Source of the DNA: Orycteropus afer
Lineage: Eukaryota
Assembly (NCBI RefSeq): GCF_000298275.1
Contig: NW_006921879.1
Span: 527,152-560,907 of the forward strand
DNA length: 33,756 nucleotides
Reading direction: 5' to 3'
Part shown: piece after piece, positions 1 through 11,589 of the stretch
Numbering within the stretch: position 1 is the stretch's first letter
How the letters are laid out: each line of letters opens with the position of its first letter
The notes under the pieces: generated by a model
Told to the model about the DNA's origin: nothing
Seen by the model: the letters and a program-made list of their open reading frames with translations, nothing else
Database searches by the model: none
Program-made: the position numbers and the translations under genes

Positions 1-104
1 TGAGGATCATCTGCCCAGGGGTATTAGAAAGCCAGTCCTTACAGGGAGCTTCAAATAGATTCTTTCAGAGTTTAATGATTTTTTTTTTTTTTTTTCTGCA
101 ATAG

Positions 105-267
105 GGTGAAAAAGAAACAAAAGAAGAGGAATCTCTTAAATCCTCCTTGAAACCAGAGTCACGGCTAGATCTTCGGGTACAGGAGCTGATGAAATTGATT
201 TGTAATGTCCAAGCCATGGAAGAGATGATGGTAGAGATGAAGTATGATACCAAGAAAGCCCCACTTG
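105..267 (+). CDS. PARP2: PARP2 coding exon. It translates to GEKETKEEESLKSSLKPESRLDLRVQELMKLICNVQAMEEMMVEMKYDTKKAPL, ending with 1 extra base.
   Basis: The acceptor is T-run-ctgcaatag|GG and the donor is CTTG|gtaggac. The translation closely matches the human PARP2 regulatory-domain segment EEETKKEESLKSPLKPESQLDLRVQELIKLICNVQAMEEMMMEMKYNTKKAPLG. Confidence 0.8.
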
Positions 268-489
268 GTAGGACTTCAGATTCTGTCCTACATTTTCATA
301 TTTCCTAGTTCCTTTAATGGGATATTCCATCACCATTATGGTACTATTGAATGAGGAAAAGGGATTTGAGGGTGAAAAGTTGTTGAGAGGAAGGTTCTAT
401 TTTGAAAGTCTTTTCTTGGGCAGGAACCTAAGTGCAGTTTATTGGATGAGACCCTGTTTGTGAAATCTGATCTCTGCCTGGGTCTGCAG

Positions 490-628
490 GAAAGCTGACA
501 GTTGCACAAATCAAGGCAGGTTACCAGTCTCTTAAGAAGATTGAGGACTGTATTCGGGCTGGCCGGCATGGACGAGCTCTCACAGAAGCATGCAATGAAT
601 TCTATACCAGGATCCCACATGACTTTGG
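490..628 (+). CDS. PARP2: PARP2 coding exon. It translates to KLTVAQIKAGYQSLKKIEDCIRAGRHGRALTEACNEFYTRIPHDFG.
   Basis: The acceptor is tctgcag|GA and the donor is TTTGG|gtaagg. The phase is continuous with the previous exon. The translation is near-identical to human PARP2. Confidence 0.85.
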
Positions 629-1422
629 GTAAGGCTTGTGCTGACTATCAGTCTGTTCTACTACTCCCTATCCACTAAATCTATTAGCAGCAACTATAAT
701 CTTTCAAAATTTTCATTTCTAAGGAAATTACTGTCTTGAATAGAGAACCAAAATAATTTATAGATAGCTTATTTAATCAGCTAACACATATATCTGAGGC
801 AGTCTCGTGGTCTATTACAACCATATTCCCTGACCAAGTGGAAATTACTGACTTAAGAGAGAATGAGTCTAGTATCTAACCACCAAGTAAAATACTTTCA
901 AGCATGGCATCCATGTTTTCCTTTTCCTTACGGTAATTATAACCACATTAACACCATTTCTGTGAACTCAAGTAATGTGGTCACATGAAATACATTTTAT
1001 CTTTTTTCAGTCTATATGTTGTTTTTTGTGCCTTCTTTCTTTTTAAAACCATGTGACTTTATGAGGTACAGGGGTACCTCTGCTTCTAGATGGGACTATA
1101 ACCAACAATTCCTTATTGATGTCAGTATACCTTAGTGAAAAAACAAAAACCAAAGCCACTGCTATGGAGTTGATTCCAACTCGCAGTATTTCTATCCTTG
1201 TCCCAAATGTCAGAATCTATATAATTTGTATTCTATCACTCAGAGTATATATCTATTATTCTTTTATATATTTGGAAGTTAAAAGTCTTCACAGATCTCT
1301 CTCTTTCAAATGAAAACCCAGTTTCTCATACCTGTTTTCTAAGGGACCTATTTTTAGTCTGCTATTTTTAGTTATGGGCCATTTGGCCACATATCTTATG
1401 GGTTATATACCTCTTTCCTTAG

Positions 1423-1486
1423 ACTCCGTACCCCTCCACTAATCCGAACAGAGAAAGAACTGGCAGAAAAAGTGCAACTACTAGAG
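1423..1486 (+). CDS. PARP2: PARP2 coding exon. It translates to LRTPPLIRTEKELAEKVQLLE.
   Basis: The acceptor is ctttccttag|A and the donor is CTAGAG|gtgaga. It matches human LRTPPLIRTQKELSEKIQLLE. Confidence 0.85.
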
Positions 1487-1567
1487 GTGAGAGATGTCCA
1501 GATTGGGAGGTACTAAATTTCTTGTCCTAATTTCCTCCTACATTGATTCTGTATCTCATCTTATCAG

Positions 1568-1702
1568 GCTTTGGGAGACATTGAAATTGCCATCAAGCTG
1601 GTGAAAACAGAGCTGCAAAGCCCAGAACACCCACTGGATCAACACTATAGAAACCTCCATTGTGCCATGCACCCTCTAGACCACGCAAGTTATGAGTTCA
1701 AA
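1568..1702 (+). CDS. PARP2: PARP2 coding exon. It translates to ALGDIEIAIKLVKTELQSPEHPLDQHYRNLHCAMHPLDHASYEFK.
   Basis: The acceptor is ttatcag|GCT and the donor is TTCAAA|gtaaga. It matches human ALGDIEIAIKLVKTELQSPEHPLDQHYRNLHCALRPLDHESYEFK. Confidence 0.85.
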
Positions 1703-1971
1703 GTAAGAAAAATGATCATTTCTTTTCATATCTATAGATCTTCTCTCTCCTACCCCACTGTTCTCTGCTTCTGGTTGAGAGAAAACTATCAAATAGAACA
1801 GTTTTCATTGACTAGGAATTTGGGTACTAGAGCTCTTCTTCCTACCTCATGAGACCATTTGGGAGCAGACAGACAGTTCTGCCAGGATTTACCAGAAGCC
1901 ATGATGTTCTTCAGCTCGGCCCAGTCTCTCTTGGAGGCCACAGCAGCCATTCCTTTCATTCTTTTTCACAG

Positions 1972-2099
1972 GTGATTTCTCAGTACCTGCAGTCTACCCA
2001 TGCTCCCACACACAGTGACTATACCATGACCTTGCTGGACGTTTTTGAAGTAGAGAAGGAGGGTGAGAAAGAAGCCTTCAGAGAGGACCTTCATAACAG
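1972..2099 (+). CDS. PARP2: PARP2 coding exon. It translates to VISQYLQSTHAPTHSDYTMTLLDVFEVEKEGEKEAFREDLHN.
   Basis: The acceptor is ctttttcacag|GTG and the donor is AACAG|gtctga. The exon is 128 nt and the phase is consistent. It is near-identical to the human sequence. Confidence 0.85.
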
Positions 2100-2274
2100 G
2101 TCTGAGTCTGGCTCTGAGTTCAGAAAAACATCCCGTCTTTTTTACTCTCGGGGCCTTGCCTGCAGTGTAGTTGTGGAAATTATAGAGGAGATGACAGAGG
2201 CAGCTGTTGGCTATTTATGCTCATGGGCTTTGTGTGCCAGAGAGTACAAGTTGACAATAATGATTTTTCCTTAG

Positions 2275-2374
2275 GATGCTGCTATGGCATGGTTCCAGGC
2301 TGAGTAATTGGGTGGGAATCCTGAGCCATGGGCTTCGAGTTGCCCCACCTGAAGCTCCCATCACAGGTTATATG
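2275..2374 (+). CDS. PARP2: PARP2 catalytic-domain exon. It translates to (R)[33 protein letters not shown] and contains the His-Gly-Ser of the PARP active site.
   Basis: The acceptor is tttttccttag|G and the donor is TATATG|gtgagt. It matches human [33 protein letters not shown]. Confidence 0.85.
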
Positions 2375-2728
2375 GTGAGTAGAAATTGAACAATGGAAGG
2401 AAGCACAGGGGGAAATATAGTAATTTCCTTTTTTCCTAGAGTAGGATTAGGTGATGCCCCTTTTCCAAGAATCAAACCACTTTATTGATAATCCTGCTAT
2501 TTCTTACTACATCATTTTCTCTTTAATTTCCTAATGATATCCCTCCTTTCACCAGAAAGCAGAGATTCACAGATGGTTCTGCCCTCTCTGCAGTAGAATT
2601 TAGGGGAGGAAGTGGAAAATGATGTATATCGTGTTGAAGAGAATGGAGACACAGGGTCAGTGGTTGAGCCTGCCTTCTAACACAGTGGTTTGAGCAGCTG
2701 ACCTTGATGTTTTGTTTGTATATTTCAG

Positions 2729-2827
2729 TTTGGAAAAGGAATCTACTTTGCTGACATGTCTTCCAAGAGTGCCAATTACTGCTTTGCTTCTCGCCTAAAG
2801 GACACAGGATTGCTGCTGTTATCAGAG
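2729..2827 (+). CDS. PARP2: PARP2 catalytic-domain exon. It translates to [33 protein letters not shown].
   Basis: The acceptor is tatatttcag|TTT and the donor is TCAGAG|gtgagg. This is the diagnostic PARP2 signature; human has ...[14 protein letters not shown]. Confidence 0.9.
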
Positions 2828-3057
2828 GTGAGGCAGGAGCACATCTGTGATCTCTAATTGACTATTAGTTCCTGTTTTTCTAAAAGAGAAAAGTTGGACC
2901 CCAGAACCAAAAGGGAGACTTGATAGGGGAGCAAATGCAATTCCCACTGCCTTGCATTCCTCTGTTGGGAAGAAACTGCTGGTGGGCTTTTTTGTTGGCT
3001 TTAGAGCCATCTAATTCTCAGTCGGACATGGGCATTCAAAGGTCTTTTGCTTTGTAG

Positions 3058-3182
3058 GTAGCTCTAGGTCAGTGTAATGAGCTACTAAAGGCCAATCCTG
3101 AGGCAGAAGGATTACTTCAGGGCAAACACAGCACCAAGGGGCTGGGCAAGATGGCTCCCAGTCCTTCAAGCTTCATCACCCT
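3058..3182 (+). CDS. PARP2: PARP2 coding exon. It translates to VALGQCNELLKANPEAEGLLQGKHSTKGLGKMAPSPSSFIT.
   Basis: The acceptor is ttgctttgtag|GTA and the donor is ACCCT|gtaagt. It matches human VALGQCNELLEANPKAEGLLQGKHSTKGLGKMAPSSAHFVT. Confidence 0.85.
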
Positions 3183-3280
3183 GTAAGTGACCCAGGAGGC
3201 TTAGACCACTCCTTTTAGCTTCCTCCATTCCAACTTCTGCACCAGAGGCTGCTGTTGGCACACCTTTTTCCATTTGACAG

Positions 3281-3440
3281 GAATGGGAGCACAGTGCCCT
3301 TGGGACCAGCTGGTGACACAGGAGTTGTGAATCCAGAGGGTTATACCCTCAACTACAATGAATTCATCGTCTATAACCCCAACCAGGTCCGTATGCGATA
3401 CCTTCTGAAGGTTCAATTCAATTTCCTGCAGCTTTGGTGA
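3281..3440 (+). CDS. PARP2: PARP2 terminal coding exon, ending at the TGA stop. It translates to (L)NGSTVPLGPAGDTGVVNPEGYTLNYNEFIVYNPNQVRMRYLLKVQFNFLQLW*.
   Basis: The acceptor is catttgacag|G. The catalytic Glu lies in the NYNEF motif. The C-terminus ...RYLLKVQFNFLQLW is identical to human PARP2. Confidence 0.9.
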
Positions 3441-3452
3441 ATGTTTATATTG

Positions 3453-3458
3453 AATAAA
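3453..3458 (+). promoter_or_regulatory. PARP2: AATAAA polyadenylation signal, the proximal PARP2 3' end. A second AATAAA lies at 3528-3533.
   Basis: The hexamer sits 13 nt after the stop codon in the 3' UTR. Confidence 0.6.
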
Positions 3459-3689
3459 CCAGAGAATATATCTTCAATCAACAAACTAGGCAATGTTAAT
3501 GCTTTTGAATTTTCTTATGTTTTATATAATAAAACAGTACAAACTGACCGCTGGCTCCTTTGGCTTTGCTTCTCCAAGCATGTATTTCTCCTGGTATTAG
3601 TTTATCTTCATTTTGAGGACAAAAGATACACGTTGCTCTGTGTATCCCACAGTTAGATTGGCCCCTAGTAGCTCAGAACCTTTTTCTTC

Positions 3690-3812
3690 ACAGCACAATA
3701 GCCTCTGTGCATTGAGGGATACTAATGGGGATACTGCCTCGGAAACCCAAGGAGGGGTCACTATGAGTTGGGTCCGACTCGATGGCAAACAACAACACAA
3801 CAACAACAATGG
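3690..3812 (+). mobile_element. AfroSINE 3' fragment.
   Basis: The sequence ...ATACTGCCTCGGAAACCCAAGGAGGGGTCACTATGAGTTGGGTCCGACTCGATGGCAAACAACAACACAAC is the AfroSINE tail. Confidence 0.8.
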
Positions 3813-4227
3813 GGACTATAGCTTTACCCCATTTTCCTACAAACTGGGTTTGATGGCTGTTATTGCAGAAAGGCAGCAAAGGCTGAATTCTCTTTTCCCC
3901 CATCCAAATTTCACTCCCCATTTACCAGCTGTTTACCAAGTCTCCCACCACTTAACATCCTAAATCTTAGGAGAAATCCAGACATTTAGGCAGTCTTTAG
4001 AGGACTGTCACTAAGATGAAATGCATCTTGGGAGGAAGGCACAGAAGTGGAATGAATTTTCACTGTACATTACCCATCTGAAAAGTACTAAAATCCAGAC
4101 CAGATCCAGAGATTTTCTGATCATTTTCATGCATACCACACTTCCTTAATTAACAATGAAAGACATTTAAATGAAAACAGTCACCTATAACTTTTCAGAG
4201 ACCAGATTACCAGTATCAGAATTTTAA

Positions 4228-4300
4228 GTATATATATATATATACATATATACACATATGTACACATACATATATGTATTTACATATATATATATATCTC
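4228..4300. repeat. (TA)n/(CATA)n microsatellite.
   Basis: The sequence is atatatatatatacatatatacacatatgtacacatacatatatg... Confidence 0.9.
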
Positions 4301-4332
4301 TTTGTTGACCTAGAAATTACAGATGCCCGTGT

Positions 4333-4450
4333 TTGCATAATGGAGCTCTGGTGGCATACTGATGCTAACCACATCAATGGTTCATACCCACCAACTGCTC
4401 TGCAGAAGAAAGATGAGGTGATCTACTTACGTAAAGATTTATAGCCTTAA
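4333..4450 (+). mobile_element. tRNA-derived afrotherian SINE 5' part. A separate SINE tail fragment lies at 4733-4815.
   Basis: The tRNA-like head is GGAGCTCTGGTGGCATAC...AACCACATCAATGGTTCATACCCACCAACTGCTCTGCAGAAGAAAGATGAGG. The tail fragment reads AAAGATTTATAGCCTTGGAAACCCAATGGGGTTGAGTCAGAATTGAGTCAATGGCAGTGGGTTTGGTTTGG. Confidence 0.7.
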
Positions 4451-6289
4451 CAAAAGACTGGCATGTGAGTTGAACATTTACCTAAGGTAGATACACTCCT
4501 TGGAAAGAACAATGGGAGAAAGAAGGGCTGTTGATGCACAGGGGGACTAGCTCAGGGGGCAGGAGTGCACGGAGAGATGGACACAGGGAAGAGGTAACTA
4601 TCGGGAGGAAGTGGGAGGGGAGCTGTTGCATTGTGGTAAACTGTAGTCAATGTCATGAGACAAAGTATATGTGAACTGCTGTATGGAAAGTGAATTTGCT
4701 CTGTGAATTTTCACCCAAGTCCCAATTTAAAGAAAAGATTTATAGCCTTGGAAACCCAATGGGGTTGAGTCAGAATTGAGTCAATGGCAGTGGGTTTGGT
4801 TTGGTTTGATCTTTGCATAGGTGATGTTACTGCAGCATTGTTATACAAAAAAAAATGTTAGTAAGGAATTTATTAAATATTATATCCACTCTGAAATATA
4901 CTATACTGCTATTAAAACTGAAGTAGGCTTCCTACACTTCTAAAAAAATAAAAGAGAAAGAGATGCTTCCCAACTTATTCTAAGAGGGCAGTAGTACCCT
5001 GATAACAAAATCAGATAAAGATACCACAAGAAAACTATACAATGTCCCTAATACATACAGATGTAAAAAACTTCAATAAAATACTAGAAAGCTTATAACC
5101 CATCAACATATAAAAGGAATTATATACCATGACCAGTTGGGATTTATCACAGAAAAACAAAGTTGGTTCAACATATGAAAATGAGGATAGGTAGTTTAGT
5201 ATATGCTTTTGTGGATAGGAGAATAGATTGTTCAAATGTCCTATGGCCCCACAGGCCAGTGGCTATAACTTTGGAATTTATCCTAGCAGACACTGGGAGA
5301 AACTGAAATTCTGTTTGATGGTAAAAGCCCAAAGGTTGTTCAGCATAAAACTTAACTTTTTCCTTCAATATCCTTAGGCACATATATTCTTACATCTAGT
5401 GTCTGCCTTGTCTCTACTCAGTAAGAAATGATTATGAACTTACATATCTCCAAGACTGAAAAATAAACCCTTTAAGCAGACCTGGCCAAGAAGGCAGAGT
5501 ATATTGAGCAAGTTAGTCTCCACTTAACTTTCCCTATCCCATCCCTCCAGCCTTAGCTGAGGTGCTTTTGTAGAATTTCCAGATCAATACATGTAGACAT
5601 TCAGAGTTTCTGGCCCTTGGCCCACACTGTCAGGAGAGCCAGAGGCAAAGGGCTGAAACCAGGGACTTTTAGGATGATGCTATACCATGGTTCTCTGCAG
5701 GATTTCTGGGTAGGATTCTGAATCATAACTTTCAAATTGCCCGAATGGGGGCTTCTAGTCACAAGGTATATGTGGAGGAGGTAGTCTAGAAGGTATATGT
5801 TGAGCCATTGTAACAGGTACCTAAAAGGTATAAGCATGACCTGTTTTTGAGACTTACCAGCTGAAGGCATTTTTTATGCCTTTACCTTTAGGTTTGGGGA
5901 GACACTGGTACACTGGGTGCACTAAAGTCTCTCAGGTGGATTTCTCCATGTAAAATTGAGGCTAAAATGAGAGTAAAACTCATAACATCTAAAATCCTCA
6001 AAACACTTCTCTCAGTGTAGGGCAGTTCCCTAAGAGAGCCCTACCAACCCAGACCCAAAGCCCTATAATAGTCATGGGTTGTCTACACAAATCTTTGAAT
6101 TCTTGGACACAAAAGACATTTCCTTCTTCAACCCTTAGAGTGAAAGGGCCTTAGGAAACTCTCCCTCCCGTAGAACATACTTGTATGAAGATAGGTTTCT
6201 AGAACTTTTGGTTAAGAGTATCAAAGTTCAGGTTAAGTCCATAGCCATGTTCCATCTTTCAAATCAAGTTTTAATGAAATTCAATTTGA

Positions 6290-9055
6290 GAGAAATAAAG
6301 TTTTGTGACCTCTTTTAAGAATGCCAATTTCTGGACTTCGGTTAGATGGAGGAATAAGCAGACAAGCTACACAGAACCTCTTCAACAAAGAAAAGAAACC
6401 AATTGATAGAAATATAGAAGATAATCTTGGAGCCCTGAGCTTTGAAAAGAAGTATACAGAAGTGGATGAGGCACCAACTAATGGAAAAGCCTGAATGAAA
6501 ACGGGACCTAAGTATAGGCTCCGTTTGCCAAGGATGGCAGGCATGTACAAGAGGCTGACAACAGGAAAGGAGACAGGTGATGTCAACTAGCAAATAGAGG
6601 AGCACAGCACAGTACCCTGATTAAGTAGATAACATATAAACAAAGAAAAATTATGGGCAAGTCACCCCAAAATACAATACCAATAAATATAAACACAAAA
6701 ACATCACAATGCCTCAGAGACAACAGAGCATCACAGTCCACACAAAGAAGCAAGATAAAGCAGGAAAAACAAGGGACCAGGATACAGACCCAAAACATAT
6801 CCCTGAGGAAATGCAGCATTGGAACTCCCTAATAAGGAATTCAAAAGAATTATATTTAGGTACCTTCAGCGAATTGAGAGACAGATCAAGGAAAACACTG
6901 ACAAAATGGAGGAAAAACAGAAAACCCTAGTACAATTTTGAAAGACAATACAAGAAGAAAATGATAAATGAAAAAAATTAGAAATGATACAAAATCTGCA
7001 GACAGAAATCCAGAAGATTAATACTAAATTTTCAGAAATAGATAATATATTGAATGGGCAAAGGAGTAGAATTGAACCAATGGAAGACAGAATAAGTGAG
7101 ACTGAAGGTAAATACCTCAAGAGTTCTTTGGAAAGGGATCAATCAGAAAAAAGATCAAAACAAAATGAGCAAAGCCTAGGGTTCATGTGGGATACCATCA
7201 AAAGGAATAAACTATGTGTCATCGGAATTCCAGAACAGGAAGAGAAAAATAAAACCACAGAAAAAATTGTCAAAGATGTGTTGGAAGAGAATTTTCCTGG
7301 TATGATAAAAGATGAGAATATATCCATTCAAGAAGTCCAACAAACCCCAAACAGGAGAGATCCCAAAAGAAAATCACCAAGACATATCATCATCAAACTC
7401 ACCAAAGACAAGGCAGAATCCTGAAAGCAGCACACGAGAAACGAAAAGTTACCTACAAGGGGCAACCAGCAAGACTAAGCTCAGATTTCCCAGCAGAAAC
7501 CATGCAGGTGAGAAGACAATGGGATGGCATATATAAAGCCCTGAAAGAGAAAAATTTCCAACCAAGAATTATATATCCAGCAAAACTGTCCCTCAAATAT
7601 GATGGTAAAATTAGGACATTTCCAGATAAGCAGAAATTAAGGGAATTTTTTAAAACCGGACCAGCTTTACAAGAGATACTAAAGGCAGTCCTTTGGACAA
7701 AGACCCAACAACAGCAAACAACAACTGACCATTAACACACATGATAACATAACCCAGAAACCAACCCAGCTATGGAAGTATCCGAAATAAATAAGCCTAC
7801 AAGATTGTAAACAGGGAACCAGAGACATCAATTGACAAACGAGGACAACTACAAACCAAAAAGAGGGAAAAAAATGTGTAGTTACAGAACTTCTAAATGG
7901 TAGGGAAGTCAAGACAACTACAAGATAGAACGACTGTTCTAAACTTGGGAAGAAAACTATAAATCACAGGGTAACCTCAAAGAAAAATGATAAACCTTCA
8001 CATCAAAATTAAAAAGAGGACCAGCACAAATATTTAGCAAATACTAAAACAATAGCAACAAAGGAAGTGATAACATGTTTCATAAACAAAATGAGCTCAG
8101 CACAGAAAATTACATGGAACAAAGACATGAACACCACAAAAAAACACATAACAAAATGACAGCAACAAATTCATAGTTGTCAATAATTACATAGTTGTCG
8201 AGGAACTTATCTCTAAGATTTATAGAAAACTCCAACACCTCAATAGCAAAGGGATTAATTCAATTGAAAAATGGGCAGAAGACATGAATAGACACTTCAC
8301 CAAGGAAGATGTTCAGGTGGCCAACAAATACATGAAGAGATGCTCATGATCACTGGCCACCAGAGAGACGCAAATCAAAACAACAGTGAGATGCCATCTC
8401 ACCCCATCACTGATGGCAAGGTTCAACAAGACAGAAAATAACAAATGCTAGTGAGGATGTGGAGAGATTGGGACTCCTGCTGGTGGGACTGTGAAGTGAT
8501 ACAACCACTGTGGAAAGCAGTATGGTGATTCCTTAGAAAGCTGGAATTGGAGATACCATTTGAACCAGCAATCCCATTACTAAGTATATGTCCTAGAGAG
8601 GTGAGAGGCAGGACAGGAACAGATAATATGCATATCCATGTTCATCGCAGCACTATTTACAATAGCAAAAAGATTGAAACAACCGACATGCTGCCCATCA
8701 ACGGAAGAGTAGATGACCAAACTACGGTACAAACACATAATGGAATGCTGTGCAGCACTAAAGAATAATGTAGAGTCAGCAAAACACCGCATAACATGGA
8801 TGGACTTGGAGGACATTGTGCTGAGTGAAGTCAGTCAGTCACAGGACAAATATAGTATTATTTTGTTGTTGTGGAGGGTCAAGGAAAGGTTTATACATGG
8901 AGAGAAACTTTCTTTGTTGGTTGTCAGAGGTGGGAGGGTGGGAAGCAAACACTGCAAAAAAAAAATACACTGACCCAGGTCACTTTAATTTTGTACATTT
9001 GACTGTACATAAATTATATTTCAATAAAATGCATTAAAAAAGAAGAAGAAGAATG
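6290..9055 (+). mobile_element. L1 (LINE-1) retrotransposon that is 5'-intact and internally deleted. It carries 5' UTR-like sequence and an apparently complete ORF1 at 6984-7735 in two frames. Most of ORF2 is missing, leaving only its C-terminal ~270 codons. It ends in an A-rich tail at 9036-9055.
   Basis: ORF1p-like translation (MIQNLQTEIQKINTKFSEIDNILNGQRSRIEPMEDRISETEGKY...IIYPAKLSLKYDGKIRTFPDKQKLREFFKTGPALQEILKAVL) supports the call. ORF2 C-terminal translation (...TVRCHLTPSLMARFNKTENNKC...IFIAALFTIAKRLKQP...KHIMECCAALKNNVESAKHRITWMDLEDIVLSEVSQSQDKYSIILLLWR) also supports it. The element ends in AAAAAAGAAGAAGAAGAA. Confidence 0.85.
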
Positions 9056-9585
9056 CCAATTTCTACATTGACTAATGCCTGCAAATCAAGTGGCTACTGC
9101 TGCCCTGTCAGAGGTTGTGAGGGCCAGCAGACTCATTTTGCGCTCAGTATCTTGTCTGCTCACCTCACATCTAGGTAGTCAGTTCTGTTAAGATGGGGCT
9201 GTTTCTGTGAGAGATTAGTTTTGTTCCAGTCTTATCACAGTTTTTCTGTATGCCCTGATGTGGGCACTAATGACTCGCTCTTCCTCTCCTTAGTCTTATT
9301 TAGCCAAGGAGAGGCCTTTAGCTGTCTATTCTAGTGCTGGCCAACATCACTGTCATTCCTCCTCCTCCTGGCAAGAATGATATCCTAGATCCCTGGGGCT
9401 AGCAAGTGACACAGGATTTTAAAGCTTTGTTTCAAAGAGTGCTAATTAATGATATGATTTACTTTCTGGCAGTTCTAGTAAGGATTAATGTTACATCAGA
9501 TAAGAAACAGAACATCCATATTCTTCCTTCTTGGTCCCAATCCACATGAGAACACAGGCGGATTATCCTTGAGATTGTCTGGCAC

Positions 9586-9591
9586 TTTATT
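9586..9591 (-). promoter_or_regulatory. TEP1: Candidate TEP1 polyA signal, AATAAA on the minus strand. Alternatives lie at 9891-9896 and 10684-10689.
   Basis: TTTATT on the plus strand lies downstream, in transcript sense, of the proposed TEP1 stop at 12439. The length of the 3' UTR is not determinable from sequence alone. Confidence 0.25.
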
Positions 9592-11204
9592 TTTATAACC
9601 TTACTAAGAAAGCAAGTCCTGGTCTCTTCAGATTTTTTATGTGTAGCACAAGTGGCTTCATCTTTCCTCTGAGTCAAAACATCTTCATTCCCAGGATAAA
9701 AAGTATACATTGCCCTGTGCATCCCCCACAGCGAGCTGCAGGGTAGAATCAGGACCCAGCCAAGGTTCTAGGCAGCAAACCGCCGCTTCACAGAGGAACA
9801 GGCCCAGCTACAATGGGAACAAATGAGAAAGATGAAGGTTACAAACCTAAGGCCTCTCTACCAACTTATTTTTCTCTCACATTAATGCCTTTTATTTAGA
9901 AAAAGGTTGGTACAGCATCATTGCCAAAAGAAACCAAGATGTTGATCTTGCCCTTTCTTACCCTGTTTGTTCTTTTGTGACATCCCTTGTATGCCCCCCT
10001 TGCACACACTTACCAGCTGCATACTGGGTCTCTCCCATAGCTTCACATCTCTGTCGCTTGAAGCTGTCACCAGCAACTCAGGCAGAACATGGAGAGCTGT
10101 GACAGAGCCCGAGTGGATCTCAGAGAAGAGAGAGAGACATATGATGATTTCTCCGTGAGCATTTTTCAGTCAAGGAAGCACCAGTCTTCTATGTCAGATC
10201 TCTAGCCCTCTTCTTCCAAACTCATCCTTCCCTCAGACTCACCTTTCTACACTGCCGTGTCTTTAGGCTGAAGTTTATTCGCCAGGTGTCCATGCTGACA
10301 TTTAAATCCAGGCATGTAGATGATTCTGTTTCTGTGTTTTGGGTTTCAGGATTTTGCCAGATGTTACCTGTGGTCCATTCTCCTTCAGGGGAGCACCTGG
10401 CCATATTCCACAGCATTCCATCAGAGCTGGCACACAAAAATGAGGACTCTGCCATTCCAAGGGAAGAAGTAGAGCCAGGATAGGCCTTAGATTTAGAAGC
10501 ACCACCATTTTCTCTGAGGCCATCCACTGGTCCCTTGGGTCTGCCTGTCATCACTCACCAGATTCAGGTTTGGCCTGAGTTACCCTTATTAGGGCTCCAC
10601 TAGGATTTTCTAGGTTGATATTAAAGTCCAGGCTCTCTTCAAACTCTCCTGATTCCTTTTGTCTCTGTGAAAGCATAGATAATTTTATTTAGCCTACTCA
10701 TACCACTCAGTCCTGTCCAGACAAAGCAAGAGCTTTTTGCTCTGACTAGTTAAGACATTTTTTCTTTTCCTTTCTTTTTGAGCTACAACTTAAATATAGT
10801 AAAGTACTGTACAAATCTTCAAAGTACATCTCAATGAATATTCAGTACACACATAACCCATGAATCACCTCCCAGATCAAGATGTAGAACATTTCCATCT
10901 TCCTGCAAGTTCTCCCCATACCCCTTCCCAGTCCATACCAGAGCACCTCCCCCAAAGCTCAGTACTGTTCTCACTTCTATCACCATGTACTAGTTTCACC
11001 AGTCTGTACACTTCATTTAAGGGAAATCAAAGAGTGTGTACTTTTTGTGTCTGGTTTCTTTCATCCAACATACCATCTATAACCTATGTCTATCTTGTTC
11101 CATTCATCAGTATTCAGTATCCCATCCTTTTTTATTTTTTTGTCATTTAGTATTACCTTGTATAAATATACCACAAATTATTTATTACTATCCTGCTTAT
11201 AGGA

Positions 11205-11392
11205 GCTCTGGTAGCGTAGAGCCTAAGGCACTGGACTGCTAATCAGAAAGCTGGCAGCTCAAACCCACCAGCCACTCCTTGGAAGGAAGGTTGGGCAATC
11301 TACTTCCGTAGTAACACCGCTTTGGAAACCCAAGGAGGGGTCGCTAAGAGTTGGGCCTGACTCCACAGCACGTAATAACAACAACATCCTGC
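11205..11392 (+). mobile_element. AfroSINE, near full length.
   Basis: The sequence reads GGAGCTCTGGTAGCGTAGAGCCTAAGGCACTGGACTGCTAATCAGAAAGCTGGCAGCTCAAACCCACCAGCC...GGAAACCCAAGGAGGGGTCGCTAAGAGTTGGGCCTGACTCCACAGCACGTAATAACAACAAC. Confidence 0.85.
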
Positions 11393-11589
11393 TTATAGAC
11401 ATTTGGGTTGTTTTGGCAATTAGGAATAAAGCTGCTATGAACATTCTTGCTACCAGTATTCTGGGGGAACATATGCACCCATTTCTCTTCGGCATGTATC
11501 TAACAGTGGAATTGCTGGGTAAAGGGCAGACTCTAGTAATAAGTAGCAAATAGGCAGATTAGGATTTGACAAGTGTTTTAGGGACAAGG

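Noticed and set aside
81-104. T22 homopolymer upstream of the first PARP2 exon in the window.
   Set aside because: It is simply an unusually long polypyrimidine tract of the 3' splice site and not a separate element.
1140-1200. Short SINE-tail-like match (GCCACTGCTATGGAGTTGATTCCAACTC) in a PARP2 intron.
   Set aside because: It is too short and diverged to call confidently as a SINE copy. It was left unannotated.
3613-3963. 116-aa plus-strand ORF just downstream of PARP2.
   Set aside because: It overlaps an AfroSINE fragment (…GDTASETQGGVTMSWVRLDGKQQHNNNN is a SINE translation). It is repeat-derived, not a gene.
4200-4300. Regularly spaced short repeats that could superficially suggest an array. 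Similar sequence occurs at 17455..17885.
   Set aside because: These are simple (TA)n/(CATA)n microsatellites with no spacer structure. CRISPR arrays are not expected in mammalian DNA.
6984-7735. 146-aa and 77-aa plus-strand ORFs that could be taken for a host gene.
   Set aside because: They are L1 ORF1p (coiled-coil plus the conserved C-terminal RRM-like motif), part of the retrotransposon.
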